Both the position numbers and the translations under genes were made by a program. Source: Trypanosoma brucei (taxonomy: Eukaryota). From it: a stretch of DNA of 64,000 bases. This document shows positions 9,249 to 20,314 of this stretch, piece after piece; within the stretch, counting starts at the first letter, position 1, and each line of letters opens with the position of its first letter. The stretch covers positions 960,001-1,024,000 of the forward strand of contig CM000207.1 of the NCBI GenBank assembly GCA_000002445.1, written 5' to 3'. The notes beneath the pieces are model-generated. The model had not been told where the DNA came from, searched no databases, and saw only the letters and a program-made list of their open reading frames with translations.

Positions 9249-11624
9249 ATGAACTCCGGTAGCCCAAGTCCTGTCCGTAGTGCAGAGATAAACGAAGCGG
9301 AAGAGGTGGAGCGCGGCGGGTTGCTACCGCCTCTACATTCGGATTCAAGCACCTCGTCGCGCTCCAGGGAACTTTCATCACCCAACCCTGCTTTTGGTGT
9401 TGTTCCAACCGTGTCCAGTTGGACAGGTGGCTCGCCTTCCTCAGATTCATGGAATGATATGAGCCGCTGTTCATCCGGCCACAGCGGTCAATCACAAACT
9501 GTGGAGAACCGACATCGGTCAGCAAATCCTGTGTTTTCGTTTGGCCCACGAACAACGAGCGGCGGGAGCCTGCGGAGCGGTACATTACCGAACTTACCAA
9601 AAGTGGTCCTGCACACAAGGAAAGACAATGTAATGAGGGAACACATTTACTGCGTCGGAACACCGGACGGTAGGCGTGGGTTCTTAGCGAATTGCTTGAT
9701 ACACGCAGAGGACATGGACACAAAAGCGATCGTGGAAGAAATGATTCCCGGAATGTTACTGGTCTCGACCTTCAGCGATTCCTGCTGCACAACAGCCAGT
9801 GTGCTCTCAGGTTTAGTAAAGCATTTGCGTGTTGTTAAGAAGGATGTGTTTGTGTACTTTATTGGTCTCATTGTGAGCCTTTGTTGCTCTCCCGATCTCA
9901 TGGTCGTGCGCCAGATCTCATCCTCTCTTCGGGACATCGTTCAGTTTGTGGAGGATGAAGTTGTTGAGGAGATCCTTGCACCGCTTGTCATGTCGATGAA
10001 CATGTCGGAGTGGAGCTCGCCGAAGGCGGTTGCAGCTTCTTTGCTTGGGGCACTGGCAACTCGCAAAAACGTCATCCGTGCAAGTGAACAAAGTGTCAAA
10101 CAGTATTTTAATCAGTTCGTCAATCTTGCTGGAGATGGGAGCACATTTGTGAGGCAGGTTTGCGCTGAGTCGATGCATTTTTGGATTTCAGTGGCTGGAG
10201 CGCACCAAGTAAGCCTCAAGGAGATGACACTGTCACTCGTGCGCAAGCGCATGTCCAGGGATGGTAGCGACGCTGTTCGCTACAGCTATGTTGCTCAGCT
10301 GCTCCCACTAGCTGAAAAAATTGGAAGGTCAGAAACAACAAAACATCTGCAGAGTTTGCTTATCAGTGCAAGCAGTGACAGTAGTTGGCGTGTCAGATAT
10401 TACACTGCGAACTGTCTTTCCGCCTTTTCTCGTCTGTGTATGAGACCATCGGATCTCGTTGGAGTGTTTATGAGCCTCAGTAGGGATGAAATGAAGGAGG
10501 TGCGTGCCGCTGTTGTTGAACAACTCGGTGCGTTTACTCCAGACATTGTACCTATGCAAGTGGCTGTCAGGGCTTGTATTAGCGTTTCCCTTCTTGCCAA
10601 GGATGAAGAACCTCTAGTTAGAGAGGCAGTTGCAAAACAACTACATTTACTACTATCGCCCTTGATTGTGCAAATGTACTCGTCGGACCAGCGGCAGCAG
10701 TTGCTGATGTTGCTCACCGACACAAATTTCACTGTAGCCGAAACTGCCACACGGAACTCGGCTCGAGTAGTTGAGACCCTGCTCAAATATATGCAGGCTG
10801 ACGCTCCGATAAACTTATCTGGTTCTTCTCCCTCTATTCCCATTGAGCATACGAACAGCGCTGCTGCGGCACGAAGCAGTGGTCCAAAGAAAACTACGAA
10901 GGGTTCGGCAGCAGAGGAAGCGGCAGTAGTGGGTGCAGATAAAAAGGGGATGGAGGACCACGCAACGGAAGAGTTTATAGACCGTACAGCAGAGGAGTTA
11001 AGGGCGCACGCTACAAGTGTTGTGGTGGGCCTTGCAGAAAAGCTGCGCTGCGTGAGTGAGTCATCCATTTGGCGTATGCGTGAAGCTGCTGTGGATGCTC
11101 TCCGTCACTTCTGCGCTGCAATGCCATGGGAGGAATTTACGCCACTCTTGAATACCATACGTGCCCTATTGAGGGATCCGGTCAATGTTGTTCGTACACG
11201 CTCCGCAGACACACTTGCAGTGGTTGCCGGGGCGTATGGGCCAGAGATGGCGGCTTTCATGATGTCTGAACTTCTCGACAACGAGTTTGATTTAGCAAAC
11301 AACCTGCCGTTTACCTCGAGGATAGTGGCTATTCGCTGCTTGTCCTCCCTTGTTCCATTAGTTGACAGTTTTCGTTCGGGCGACAACCGGCACCACGAGT
11401 TGCGTGAGCGCTGGGTATCAACAATTTCATTACTCGCGGAGGATGATGTACCTAACGTACGCTTGATGCTCGCGAGAACTATAGCAGAGCACTGGAATTG
11501 GTATAAGTCGTGCGCTGCGAAGAGTGAAGTTATATGTAACTGCGTGGAGCGGCTAAAGCGTGATGTAGATGTAGATGTAGTAAACGCTGTAAGGGATCTC
11601 CACTTAAATTTCCGTAAGGCATGA
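9249..11624 (+). CDS. HEAT-repeat protein resembling the PP2A scaffold subunit A (PR65), 791 aa, with a Ser-rich N-terminal extension of about 150 aa
   Basis: Recalled PR65 repeat signatures: 'SSWRVRYYTANCL' (cf. KSWRVRYMVADKF), 'DDVPNVRLMLARTIAEH' (cf. DPVANVRFNVAKSLQKI), 'DVDVDVVNAVRDL' (cf. DVDVKYFAQEAL). Many 39-aa helical repeats with conserved V/R positions. Confidence 0.65.
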   Translation: MNSGSPSPVRSAEINEAEEVERGGLLPPLHSDSSTSSRSRELSSPNPAFGVVPTVSSWTGGSPSSDSWNDMSRCSSGHSGQSQTVENRHRSANPVFSFGPRTTSGGSLRSGTLPNLPKVVLHTRKDNVMREHIYCVGTPDGRRGFLANCLIHAEDMDTKAIVEEMIPGMLLVSTFSDSCCTTASVLSGLVKHLRVVKKDVFVYFIGLIVSLCCSPDLMVVRQISSSLRDIVQFVEDEVVEEILAPLVMSMNMSEWSSPKAVAASLLGALATRKNVIRASEQSVKQYFNQFVNLAGDGSTFVRQVCAESMHFWISVAGAHQVSLKEMTLSLVRKRMSRDGSDAVRYSYVAQLLPLAEKIGRSETTKHLQSLLISASSDSSWRVRYYTANCLSAFSRLCMRPSDLVGVFMSLSRDEMKEVRAAVVEQLGAFTPDIVPMQVAVRACISVSLLAKDEEPLVREAVAKQLHLLLSPLIVQMYSSDQRQQLLMLLTDTNFTVAETATRNSARVVETLLKYMQADAPINLSGSSPSIPIEHTNSAAAARSSGPKKTTKGSAAEEAAVVGADKKGMEDHATEEFIDRTAEELRAHATSVVVGLAEKLRCVSESSIWRMREAAVDALRHFCAAMPWEEFTPLLNTIRALLRDPVNVVRTRSADTLAVVAGAYGPEMAAFMMSELLDNEFDLANNLPFTSRIVAIRCLSSLVPLVDSFRSGDNRHHELRERWVSTISLLAEDDVPNVRLMLARTIAEHWNWYKSCAAKSEVICNCVERLKRDVDVDVVNAVRDLHLNFRKA

Positions 11625-12224
11625 TGGGCGTTCTTTCGTGAGATACAACGCGGAAGAATCAGCGAACCGTGTGTTGTATTATTCTTTTTTTTTTTTACCA
11701 TCCGCCATGCACACGCGCAGTTGGGCGTGCGCATTCGGGGGGTTTCATGGCTTGTAGTTGCAGATATTGAATGTGTGTTGTTTACTTGGTTATATTTGTT
11801 GGTGGGAACGGCCTTTCTCTCCGACTTTTTTTTTGTGTTGCCGCACCGACAATTTGGAGGTGTCGCCACTGCTGGTGTTCTCGCCCTCTTCTTTTCCCCT
11901 TTTTGAGAAAATAAGGAGATGAAAGGGAGGATTAGCCTCCAAGGTGGTGTGTTCCCACTCATATATATGGAGGCAACTGGATTTCTTCATTTGGTCTCCT
12001 GCTACTGTGGGAGTGTTGATATATGATACACTAAACAATGTGAGTGCAACTGTTGATTGTAACGTTTAACTGGACGCGTTTCTTATCACTGAGCATTTAA
12101 CACTAGTTTTGATCGTTAACTTCTTTTCCGTTCTCCCCTATTTGTATTTACGGTTTGCAATGTAGGCGCCTGTACGGGAGCGGGGAAGGGGGTTTAGGAA
12201 AGCGCACACAATCCGGTGTTGTGC

Positions 12225-15200
12225 ATGACCTCCCTTTTACCAGCGGCGGAGTCGCATGATGTGAGGAGCGTAGAAACTACTGATGTATCTTCCTCCTACA
12301 CAAACCCTGCAGGGGCACCACATGTATCTCCGTCCTCCTCCTCAACGGCGGAGAAGAAGAGCGTAGGAACCATGCTTTTTAGCAAGACACTCTTCAGTTT
12401 ACCCCCAGTCAGTTCAGTTCATCGTTGTCAGGAGGACGGATCCAACCGTACTCTTATGGCATTTCCAGTTGATGATAAACACCTACTCGTGGTTGTTGGT
12501 CCCAGTTCGGCTGCCAGTGACACCACCACGTCGCTGTACGTTGTGCGGCAGACTGTAGGAGGCTCCCAAACGTGTGGTCGAGTTTGCTTGCCCATTGCTA
12601 CCGTTTCGGGATGTGTACGGGACGAAAGCGGGCACAGCATTTCGCAACACGAGAAGAGGGGAAGTTTTTTGATGTCCGAACAATCTACCGATAACGTGGA
12701 CGGGGGTCGGTCACCTGACCGTTCCTCCCGGCTCATATCGCCCCTGGATGAGTCTGTTGATACCGGTTCAGTTGACAATGATAACAGCACCCCCCAAAAT
12801 AGGGTAGTTGGAGGAACGAATGCTTCTGATCAGGAGTTCACCAACAGACATAACCCGTCTCATGTATATTTAGTTGCCGATGCCGCGGGCCATGCCATTT
12901 GGGCGGTTGAAGTTAATACGGAGTCATTAGGGGCTCGTATTGTACCGGCTTGTTGCTACTGGGGGCAGTGTATGCATGACGGCAAAGTGGACGGTGTGAA
13001 AGCGTCGACACGAGGCCAGCACCAAAAAGGTTGTGTGGCGAGTGCGGTGCCACTTCTTGGGGGTTCTAAGGGGTTTGCTGATGGGCCGTTCCAGGTAGCG
13101 CGCTTCAACTCCCCTTCTTCACTCTGTTGGGGCGCCGATATGGAAGGTGGAAAAGGAAGAAAACCCCGAGAATGTGCCGTGCTGTTTGTGAGTGACGAGG
13201 GGAACCATGCCATAAGGCAAGTGGATCTTGAGAAGGCGCTGGTCCGCACCATTGCTGGTATTGGTGGTGTGTCTGGTTACCGTGACGGCGGGTACACTGC
13301 GTCGCAACTGCAACGTGCAGCAGTATTACTTTGGAGTTCTGCCGGGCTGCTGTTTGTTGACAAGCCAAACCGTGCTGTTCGACTGATCGCACAAACTGCT
13401 AGGGCGGAAGATGGTGACAGCGGGAACATCATGAAAAAGCCTCCACCACTCACCAGTGTCACAGCACCTGCTCATCCACATGTAGAGACTGAAGGAGACA
13501 AGAAGGAGAGGAGTAAGCAAGGGGAAGAAGTCTGCGAAGATGAAGTGCAAGTTTCTACAGTTGCTGGTGGGATTTCAAGTGGTGTGGCGACTCCGTTTGA
13601 TGACGATGACATCCGCTGCTCGTCCCTGGGAACTTCAACAGCTGCAGCAGTCATGCCAGACGGCAGTGGAATACTCTTCGCCGATGGAGGCAGTGGTGCA
13701 CTTCAGCTGCTCTCTTCACAGGGTATAAAAATGATAGTTTCTCCGCATGGGCACGGAAACTCCAGTGGCATTCCTCCTGGCTTGGTTGGTTGCACGCATC
13801 TTGTGGCTTGCAAATTAATTTTGCATTCGAGCGCCTCACCACACATTGCATTTCTCGCTAGCAGTGGGTCCAATCAAACAGTCTCAATGCTCGTCTTGCG
13901 TGGCGGAGCAGATGACGGTGGGATGACGAGTTTTAATTATGACGGCCACACTAATATGCTGCTGCAGTTCGCAGCAACCTCCGAGTTGCAAAGGGGTGTT
14001 CTGCGCAGATACAAGAAAGTTGAAAATAGGGCAGGCAGTGATTACCAGAGCACAAAAGTTTCCGCAACTGGGACGACGACTGCTAGTAATGATTGCCATG
14101 TCAAAAGGCTATTCGACGAAGCACTTGGTGATCTGGATGGAAATGTGACCCCGGCCACACAAACGGTACGAACATCACGCACTTCATGCGCTAAAGCGTT
14201 ACCTTGGAAAACTTCTTCGGGCGATCAGCAGTTGACCGACCGTACAGGAAGGGCTGCTGGACGAGTTCTAGATATTTATATGCGTTATGCTCGGCGCCTC
14301 ACACGACAACACATGGGGTTTGTAACATGCTCACCCAGATGCAAACACTACCTCCGTAATCTGTGGGGAGCCCGTTCACTTTCCTTGATTGGTTTTTGGC
14401 GGATGGTTACGCATGCTGGCTATTTTGCCACGTGTTCTGCACCCACAGCTCCCTTAATGTTTCCGTCGTGGGATGGGAGGTCACCAACAAGAGATGCGAG
14501 AAGACAAAAGGGCAACAGTGTTCTTCACTTGAATCTATGTGACTGGCGCATTGCCCTCGAGCTTTTGTATGAGTGGAGTATCCGCAGACATGGACATCAC
14601 GTCGTCTCCCTAATGGAACCAGCCTATTTTTCTCGAGTGCTTGTACTGCTATATCGATGGAGGGGAAGCATGCAGCAGCAGCCGACAACGCAACAAGGTG
14701 AAGAGGGTGTGTTGTTAAGCCCCGAGTGGTTCGCCGATGGTTTATTTGATGAAAATGATAGCGAGGTGGTGGTCGCTGCGCACGAAGATTTCCTCAGTCG
14801 CATAAAGAATGCGAAGGAGTTGCTGCGCGGGGCAGCGAAGGCTCGTGGGGGCGATGGGAGGCAACAGGAGGGTGATGAAGTGAAGATTCTAGGGGATGAG
14901 ACGCTGCAACTCCTCCTGCTCAATGAAGGTCCACTAAGACAACTGTTTAATGCCTACGGTAAAACGACATTCATCACCACGAGGTCAACGGTATCGCATG
15001 ACTCGACGAAGAAACCGATTCTTGCGATGCTCCGGCTAAGACAGTCATTGAATATTGGTCAAGAATATGACAAAGTTCCGTTGGACCATGTGGTTGGGAT
15101 GCCTTACAAAGAATTCAGGAGGCTTTTCTTTACAATGGGTGTTTTCCCCACCCTTATTACAGAGTCATTACTTCGGCGCGCTTTTGTAGACTCCCTAATG

Positions 15201-15662
15201 ACACCTTTGTTCCGTAGCATCCAGATGGAGATCCCGTCAGAAACAACGAGTAACAAGTGTAAAAAGACCAAAGGAGGTTCAGGGTCAAACGAAATTAAAC
15301 CGAAGGGAGGAATACATCAGTACGTCGATCGGTCACCTTGTAATGTGCAACGATACGTCTCCGACAACGTCGAGCTTTCTTTTCTTATTTTTGTTGAGGC
15401 ATTCACTCGAGTCGCTCTAACGATATTTTCACTCTGTCCCGAACACGACAGGAGGGCATACCCAACCGCTGCTGCGAAGGTGGAGGCTCTCATGCGCTGG
15501 ATCAACCGCTCTGTTGAACTTCACCACACGCGGGAGTGCGATACGTTATTCCATATCGGTTCTCAAAAGGGTGTGGCGCCGCCGGTATCGTATACGTTGC
15601 GGCAACTCAATCGGCCGTTTCCTGCTTTTATATTGAACGGTATAACCTCTACAACCAAATGA
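12225..15662 (+). CDS. Large hypothetical protein (about 1145 aa) with possible NHL-type beta-propeller repeats in the N-terminal third
   Basis: Long ORF. The track start is a GTG; the first ATG is 12225. NHL-like units 'YLVADAAGHAIWAVEV', 'LFVSDEGNHAIRQVDL', 'LLFVDKPNRAVRLI'. The rest is unrecognised. Confidence 0.55.
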   Translation: MTSLLPAAESHDVRSVETTDVSSSYTNPAGAPHVSPSSSSTAEKKSVGTMLFSKTLFSLPPVSSVHRCQEDGSNRTLMAFPVDDKHLLVVVGPSSAASDTTTSLYVVRQTVGGSQTCGRVCLPIATVSGCVRDESGHSISQHEKRGSFLMSEQSTDNVDGGRSPDRSSRLISPLDESVDTGSVDNDNSTPQNRVVGGTNASDQEFTNRHNPSHVYLVADAAGHAIWAVEVNTESLGARIVPACCYWGQCMHDGKVDGVKASTRGQHQKGCVASAVPLLGGSKGFADGPFQVARFNSPSSLCWGADMEGGKGRKPRECAVLFVSDEGNHAIRQVDLEKALVRTIAGIGGVSGYRDGGYTASQLQRAAVLLWSSAGLLFVDKPNRAVRLIAQTARAEDGDSGNIMKKPPPLTSVTAPAHPHVETEGDKKERSKQGEEVCEDEVQVSTVAGGISSGVATPFDDDDIRCSSLGTSTAAAVMPDGSGILFADGGSGALQLLSSQGIKMIVSPHGHGNSSGIPPGLVGCTHLVACKLILHSSASPHIAFLASSGSNQTVSMLVLRGGADDGGMTSFNYDGHTNMLLQFAATSELQRGVLRRYKKVENRAGSDYQSTKVSATGTTTASNDCHVKRLFDEALGDLDGNVTPATQTVRTSRTSCAKALPWKTSSGDQQLTDRTGRAAGRVLDIYMRYARRLTRQHMGFVTCSPRCKHYLRNLWGARSLSLIGFWRMVTHAGYFATCSAPTAPLMFPSWDGRSPTRDARRQKGNSVLHLNLCDWRIALELLYEWSIRRHGHHVVSLMEPAYFSRVLVLLYRWRGSMQQQPTTQQGEEGVLLSPEWFADGLFDENDSEVVVAAHEDFLSRIKNAKELLRGAAKARGGDGRQQEGDEVKILGDETLQLLLLNEGPLRQLFNAYGKTTFITTRSTVSHDSTKKPILAMLRLRQSLNIGQEYDKVPLDHVVGMPYKEFRRLFFTMGVFPTLITESLLRRAFVDSLMTPLFRSIQMEIPSETTSNKCKKTKGGSGSNEIKPKGGIHQYVDRSPCNVQRYVSDNVELSFLIFVEAFTRVALTIFSLCPEHDRRAYPTAAAKVEALMRWINRSVELHHTRECDTLFHIGSQKGVAPPVSYTLRQLNRPFPAFILNGITSTTK

Positions 15663-16115
15663 AGCCCTACCATCAAGTACGAGTTTGCGGTACACAAATA
15701 TGAGGCCGTGTTGCTACACTTTTTGGCAAATGCTCACAAGAAAACATAAGTAAAATGTGTCTTTCTGTAAGCGTTGTTGGCTGCAGCACCCACTACATGG
15801 TATCCTCGGCATCCGGGAGAGTGGAGCAGGTTACGGGCACGGCTAATCCTGTTTCTACCAAACTATGACACTCCCCTTCACTCTTTGTTTCTTGTATTAA
15901 TTTTCCCGTGAGTGCACGTATATTTATATCCACTCGTCTTAATTATCGGCAAATTGGTATTCCTCCCATTTCTACAGACGAATAGCAACCACCACTAGCG
16001 AACAAAAAAAAAAGGCAACAGTTTTACAACCAGAAAAAAACCATACTACCGACAGCAATTTTTGTGTTGAGTAAGCACTCACAACATCTACCAGAGCACA
16101 CGAAACAAAAAAGAT

Positions 16116-17330
16116 ATGGGCTTCGGATCATCAAAACCCAAGAACAAGCCGTCCAAAGCTGATTCAAAGAATTCTCCATCAGATCCAACGGGGGCAGGAA
16201 ATAATGATTTGGAAAAGGCCTTTGCGAAACTGCAGGCTGCAAAGGACTGCCACTCGCTGTTGAAGAAACATCTGACAAGTGATGTCTTCAAGAAGCTAAA
16301 GGACAAGAAGACGAAGTTGGGTGCTACCTTACTTGATGTCATTCAATCTGGTGTACAGAACCTCGATTCCGGTGTTGGTTTATATGCACCAGACGCAGAA
16401 GCCTACACTGTGTTTGCCGACCTCTTCGATCCCGTCATTGAGGATTACCACAACGGCTTTAAGGTAACGGACAAACAACCACCAAAGGACTTCGGTGACT
16501 TAAATACGCTGGTTGACGTTGATCCGGAAGGTAAATATGTTATTTCCACCCGTGTGCGCTGTGGCCGCAGTCTCGCCGGTTACCCATTCAACCCATGCCT
16601 AACGAAGGAGCAGTACGAGGAAATGGAGTCACGTGTGCGGGAACAACTGAGCACAATGACAGATGATCTGCAAGGTACTTATTATCCGCTTTCTGGCATG
16701 ACGAAAGAAACACAACAGCAGCTAATTGATGACCACTTCCTCTTCAAGGAGGGCGATCGTTTCCTGCAAGCTGCCCGCGCATGCGAGTATTGGCCAACTG
16801 GTCGTGGTATCTACCATAACAATGACAAGACATTCCTCGTGTGGGTGAATGAAGAGGACCACCTGCGCATCATTTCCATGCAGAAGGGCGGGAACTTGAA
16901 GGAGGTCTTCGGCCGTCTTGTGAAGGCAGTGAACACCATTGAAGAGAAGGTGGAGTTTTCTCGTGATGACCGACTTGGTTTCCTGACGTTCTGCCCCTCG
17001 AACCTCGGCACGACGATCCGCGCAAGTGTGCACATCAAATTACCGAAACTTGGTGCTGATCGCGCTAAACTTGAGGAGGTTGCTGCAAAATATAACCTGC
17101 AGGTACGTGGAACAGCTGGTGAGCACTCTGACAGCCCTGACGGAATTTATGATATCAGCAACAAGCGCCGCCTCGGCCTATCGGAGTATGAAGCCGTAAA
17201 GGAAATGCAAGACGGTATCCTTGAGCTCATCAAACTGGAGCAATCCGATGATGCAGAGGGGAACGGAGGTGCTGACGCTGCTGGGCCAGATGATGGCGTA
17301 GACGGTGTAGCCACGAATGAAAATGAATAA
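16116..17330 (+). CDS. AK1: Arginine kinase, isoform with a 22-aa N-terminal extension ([14 protein letters not shown]..., acylation-type flagellar targeting signal) and an acidic C-terminal extension; 404 aa
   Basis: Phosphagen-kinase active-site signature 'CPSNLGT'. The core is about 99% identical to the two downstream copies. Matches the published T. brucei three-isoform arginine kinase arrangement (established knowledge). Confidence 0.95.
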   Translation: MGFGSSKPKNKPSKADSKNSPSDPTGAGNNDLEKAFAKLQAAKDCHSLLKKHLTSDVFKKLKDKKTKLGATLLDVIQSGVQNLDSGVGLYAPDAEAYTVFADLFDPVIEDYHNGFKVTDKQPPKDFGDLNTLVDVDPEGKYVISTRVRCGRSLAGYPFNPCLTKEQYEEMESRVREQLSTMTDDLQGTYYPLSGMTKETQQQLIDDHFLFKEGDRFLQAARACEYWPTGRGIYHNNDKTFLVWVNEEDHLRIISMQKGGNLKEVFGRLVKAVNTIEEKVEFSRDDRLGFLTFCPSNLGTTIRASVHIKLPKLGADRAKLEEVAAKYNLQVRGTAGEHSDSPDGIYDISNKRRLGLSEYEAVKEMQDGILELIKLEQSDDAEGNGGADAAGPDDGVDGVATNENE

Positions 17331-18505
17331 TCTGGTGAGGGTGATGCATTGTTCTATTCAGGCAAGTAGGACATTACTTTTACTTCGGTATTGATTTTCC
17401 TTCTTTTGTTTTTTCGGTGTTTTTGATTGGACAAGGTAAATTATTAGATAGGGTAGCATGTGATGATTCCTACTCCTTATATTTTCTAAAAAAGAAAGAA
17501 GTTTCTTTCCCCTTTGATTTTTATTTTTGCCCTCCCCTTTCTTTTTCCCATTTTTTTCTTATGTTTATATTTAATATAAAAACTGCATCAATGTATTATG
17601 TATATACCTTTATATCAATGTATTTATTAACTTTTTAATGATGCAAGAGATCATGACATAATGGGAAAATGGTGTGGGGGAGAACGGGTCGGGATGGAAG
17701 GGGGAGGTACTTGTGTATAGAGAGAGATTTTGTAGGGTTGTTCACTGATAAAGCAACGTTTTCAGACGAGCGCCATCCCAATAGTACTCTTTTTTGGATA
17801 TTCTCCTTACTCTTTCCTTTTAATCTTTTTTTATTTTTATTTTTTTCCTCTGGCCTGTTATTGTAGCTGGTGCTCCGTCCTTCTGTCGTCTACCATCCTT
17901 ATTTTTTGTCCCCTAATTCTTCCTTGGTCCTGCAAATTTAACGGATTTCCCCACCACCTAGTTGAAGAGTACCCAAAGCACGTCTCGCAATGATCCAGGG
18001 AATAAAAGATGACAGGTGAAAGAGAAGCCGTGAGAATCTCTATCTGAAGTCCAGAGGGATAAACATGTGTGCAGATGCGCGTTATTCTCAAGAGAGTATG
18101 GAACTACTCATCCACTCGTCATACATTCTTGTGCTCCGGCGCAAACCAAAAAAAAAAATTATTGCTGCCACTCTTTGATTTGTGGCGTGGGCAAAGTCAT
18201 TGAAGCCACACAAACCGCTGGATGTTAAAACAGTATTGACATTGGAAACAGAAACGCATAACTACAGGACGGACAACAAAGAAGTTAAAAAAATGAAAAA
18301 GTAAAGAAAGGACCGGTTCCCGCTTTTGATTATTCCTAACGCTGAGGATCACAACGCACCATCTTTAACAGCACGTCCCCTAACTTTAACTTCATTTTCT
18401 TCTTTTCTCTTTTATGTGCGTCCCTTTAATCAAAGCTGAACAGCTGTTCTTGTTGCACTATCACAAAAACAGCGAGTATCTACCAAACAAGAAAAAAAAT
18501 TAAAG

Positions 18506-19618
18506 ATGGCTACCCGCGACGTTGCTGCCGAGTTGGAAAAGGCCTTTGCGAAACTGCAGGCTGCAAAGGACTGCCACTCGCTGTTGAAGAAACATCTGAC
18601 AAGTGATGTCTTCAAGAAGCTAAAGGACAAGAAGACGAAGTTGGGTGCTACCTTACTTGATGTCATTCAATCTGGTGTACAGAACCTCGATTCCGGTGTT
18701 GGTTTATATGCACCAGACGCAGAAGCCTACACTGTGTTTGCCGACCTCTTCGATCCCGTCATTGAGGATTACCACAACGGCTTTAAGGTAACGGACAAAC
18801 AACCACCAAAGGACTTCGGTGACTTAAATACGCTGGTTGACGTTGATCCGGAAGGTAAATATGTTATTTCCACCCGTGTGCGCTGTGGCCGCAGTCTCGC
18901 CGGTTACCCATTCAACCCATGCCTAACGAAGGAGCAGTACGAGGAAATGGAGTCACGTGTGCGGGAACAACTGAGCACAATGACAGATGATCTGCAAGGT
19001 ACTTATTATCCGCTTTCTGGCATGACGAAAGAAACACAACAGCAGCTAATTGATGACCACTTCCTCTTCAAGGAGGGCGATCGTTTCCTGCAAGCTGCCC
19101 GCGCATGCGAGTATTGGCCAACTGGTCGTGGTATCTACCATAACAATGACAAGACATTCCTCGTGTGGGTGAATGAAGAGGACCACCTGCGCATCATTTC
19201 CATGCAGAAGGGCGGGAACTTGAAGGAGGTCTTCAGCCGTCTTGTGAAGGCAGTGAACATCATTGAAGAGAAGGTGGAGTTTTCTCGTGATGATCGACTT
19301 GGTTTCCTGACGTTCTGCCCCTCGAACCTCGGCACGACGATCCGCGCAAGTGTGCACATCAAATTACCGAAACTTGGTGCTGATCGCGCTAAACTTGAGG
19401 AGGTTGCTGCAAAATATAACCTGCAGGTACGTGGAACAGCTGGTGAGCACTCTGACAGCCCTGACGGAATTTATGATATCAGCAACAAGCGCCGCCTCGG
19501 CCTATCGGAGTATGAAGCCGTAAAGGAAATGCAAGACGGTATCCTTGAGCTCATCAAACTGGAGAATCGGGCTGTCGTAACCGATGGCGCCAAACCATTT
19601 GTTGGTTCGAACTTGTAG
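18506..19618 (+). CDS. AK2: Arginine kinase, isoform ending in -SNL (PTS1-type glycosomal targeting tripeptide); 370 aa
   Basis: Same core as AK1 and AK3. Unique C-terminal tail '[17 protein letters not shown]'. S/N/I point differences ([13 protein letters not shown]). Confidence 0.95.
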   Translation: MATRDVAAELEKAFAKLQAAKDCHSLLKKHLTSDVFKKLKDKKTKLGATLLDVIQSGVQNLDSGVGLYAPDAEAYTVFADLFDPVIEDYHNGFKVTDKQPPKDFGDLNTLVDVDPEGKYVISTRVRCGRSLAGYPFNPCLTKEQYEEMESRVREQLSTMTDDLQGTYYPLSGMTKETQQQLIDDHFLFKEGDRFLQAARACEYWPTGRGIYHNNDKTFLVWVNEEDHLRIISMQKGGNLKEVFSRLVKAVNIIEEKVEFSRDDRLGFLTFCPSNLGTTIRASVHIKLPKLGADRAKLEEVAAKYNLQVRGTAGEHSDSPDGIYDISNKRRLGLSEYEAVKEMQDGILELIKLENRAVVTDGAKPFVGSNL

Positions 19619-19983
19619 GGTTCTTTCCTTTCTTTCATACATTTCCCCTCTTAATTTTCTTCTTTGTTGACCTTTTTGCTTTATTTGCTGCTGATATCAT
19701 TGTTATGGTCTTTTTTAAAATTTTGGAAACGTAATTAGGTGATGATTGCCTTTGCTTCCGGTGGCTCCACTACTTGCTGAGTGACTTGATTGTTGTTACT
19801 TGTATTTTTTAAAAAAATGTGTTGGAAGATGCGTATGCGTGTATGTGCATGTGTTCTTCACTGTAGCACCATGCTGGTCTACTCCGCATAATTCTACGTT
19901 GGGGGAAGAAGTTGAGGCACGTGAAAGAATTTGTGAAGTTATTGGTGTGTACAAGTAAAAGGATTCAGAACAGGGGCCTGTAT

Positions 19984-19996
19984 GGGGGGGGGGGGG
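19984..19996. repeat. G13 homopolymer run
   Basis: tatgggggggggggggtgaacgcg in the AK2 to next-gene spacer. Confidence 0.9.
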
Positions 19997-20314
19997 TGAA
20001 CGCGTGTCCACGCCACTGTTGCCGAAGTGTCTGCCCTGCTCTTCTACCAAATTTCCTGAATCGTATTTGTGTCGAACTGCTGTACGCAACTGTTCCGATT
20101 ACGCTTTTCGAATCCTCTCTTGTTAGTGTGTCTGATGTAGAACTATTCCATTGTTTTGTTGCTAACATATTATTATTATTATTATTATTTTTGCGATTTG
20201 TCATATATACGAAATTTTTTTCTTTTCATGCTTCTCCTCTGGTACGGGTAAGGGCACTAGGCAAGTGCAAGACCATTGCAAGTGGCATTTCAGGTTTGCG
20301 ACTCGCAGTGGGCT

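Noticed and set aside
9160-11962. Minus-strand ORFs of 187, 222 and 285 aa (9160..9723, 10400..11068, 11105..11962)
   Set aside because: They lie antisense within or next to the PP2A-A-like + gene. Their composition is Ser/Ala/Thr-rich, typical of shadow frames. No other gene in the window is on the minus strand.
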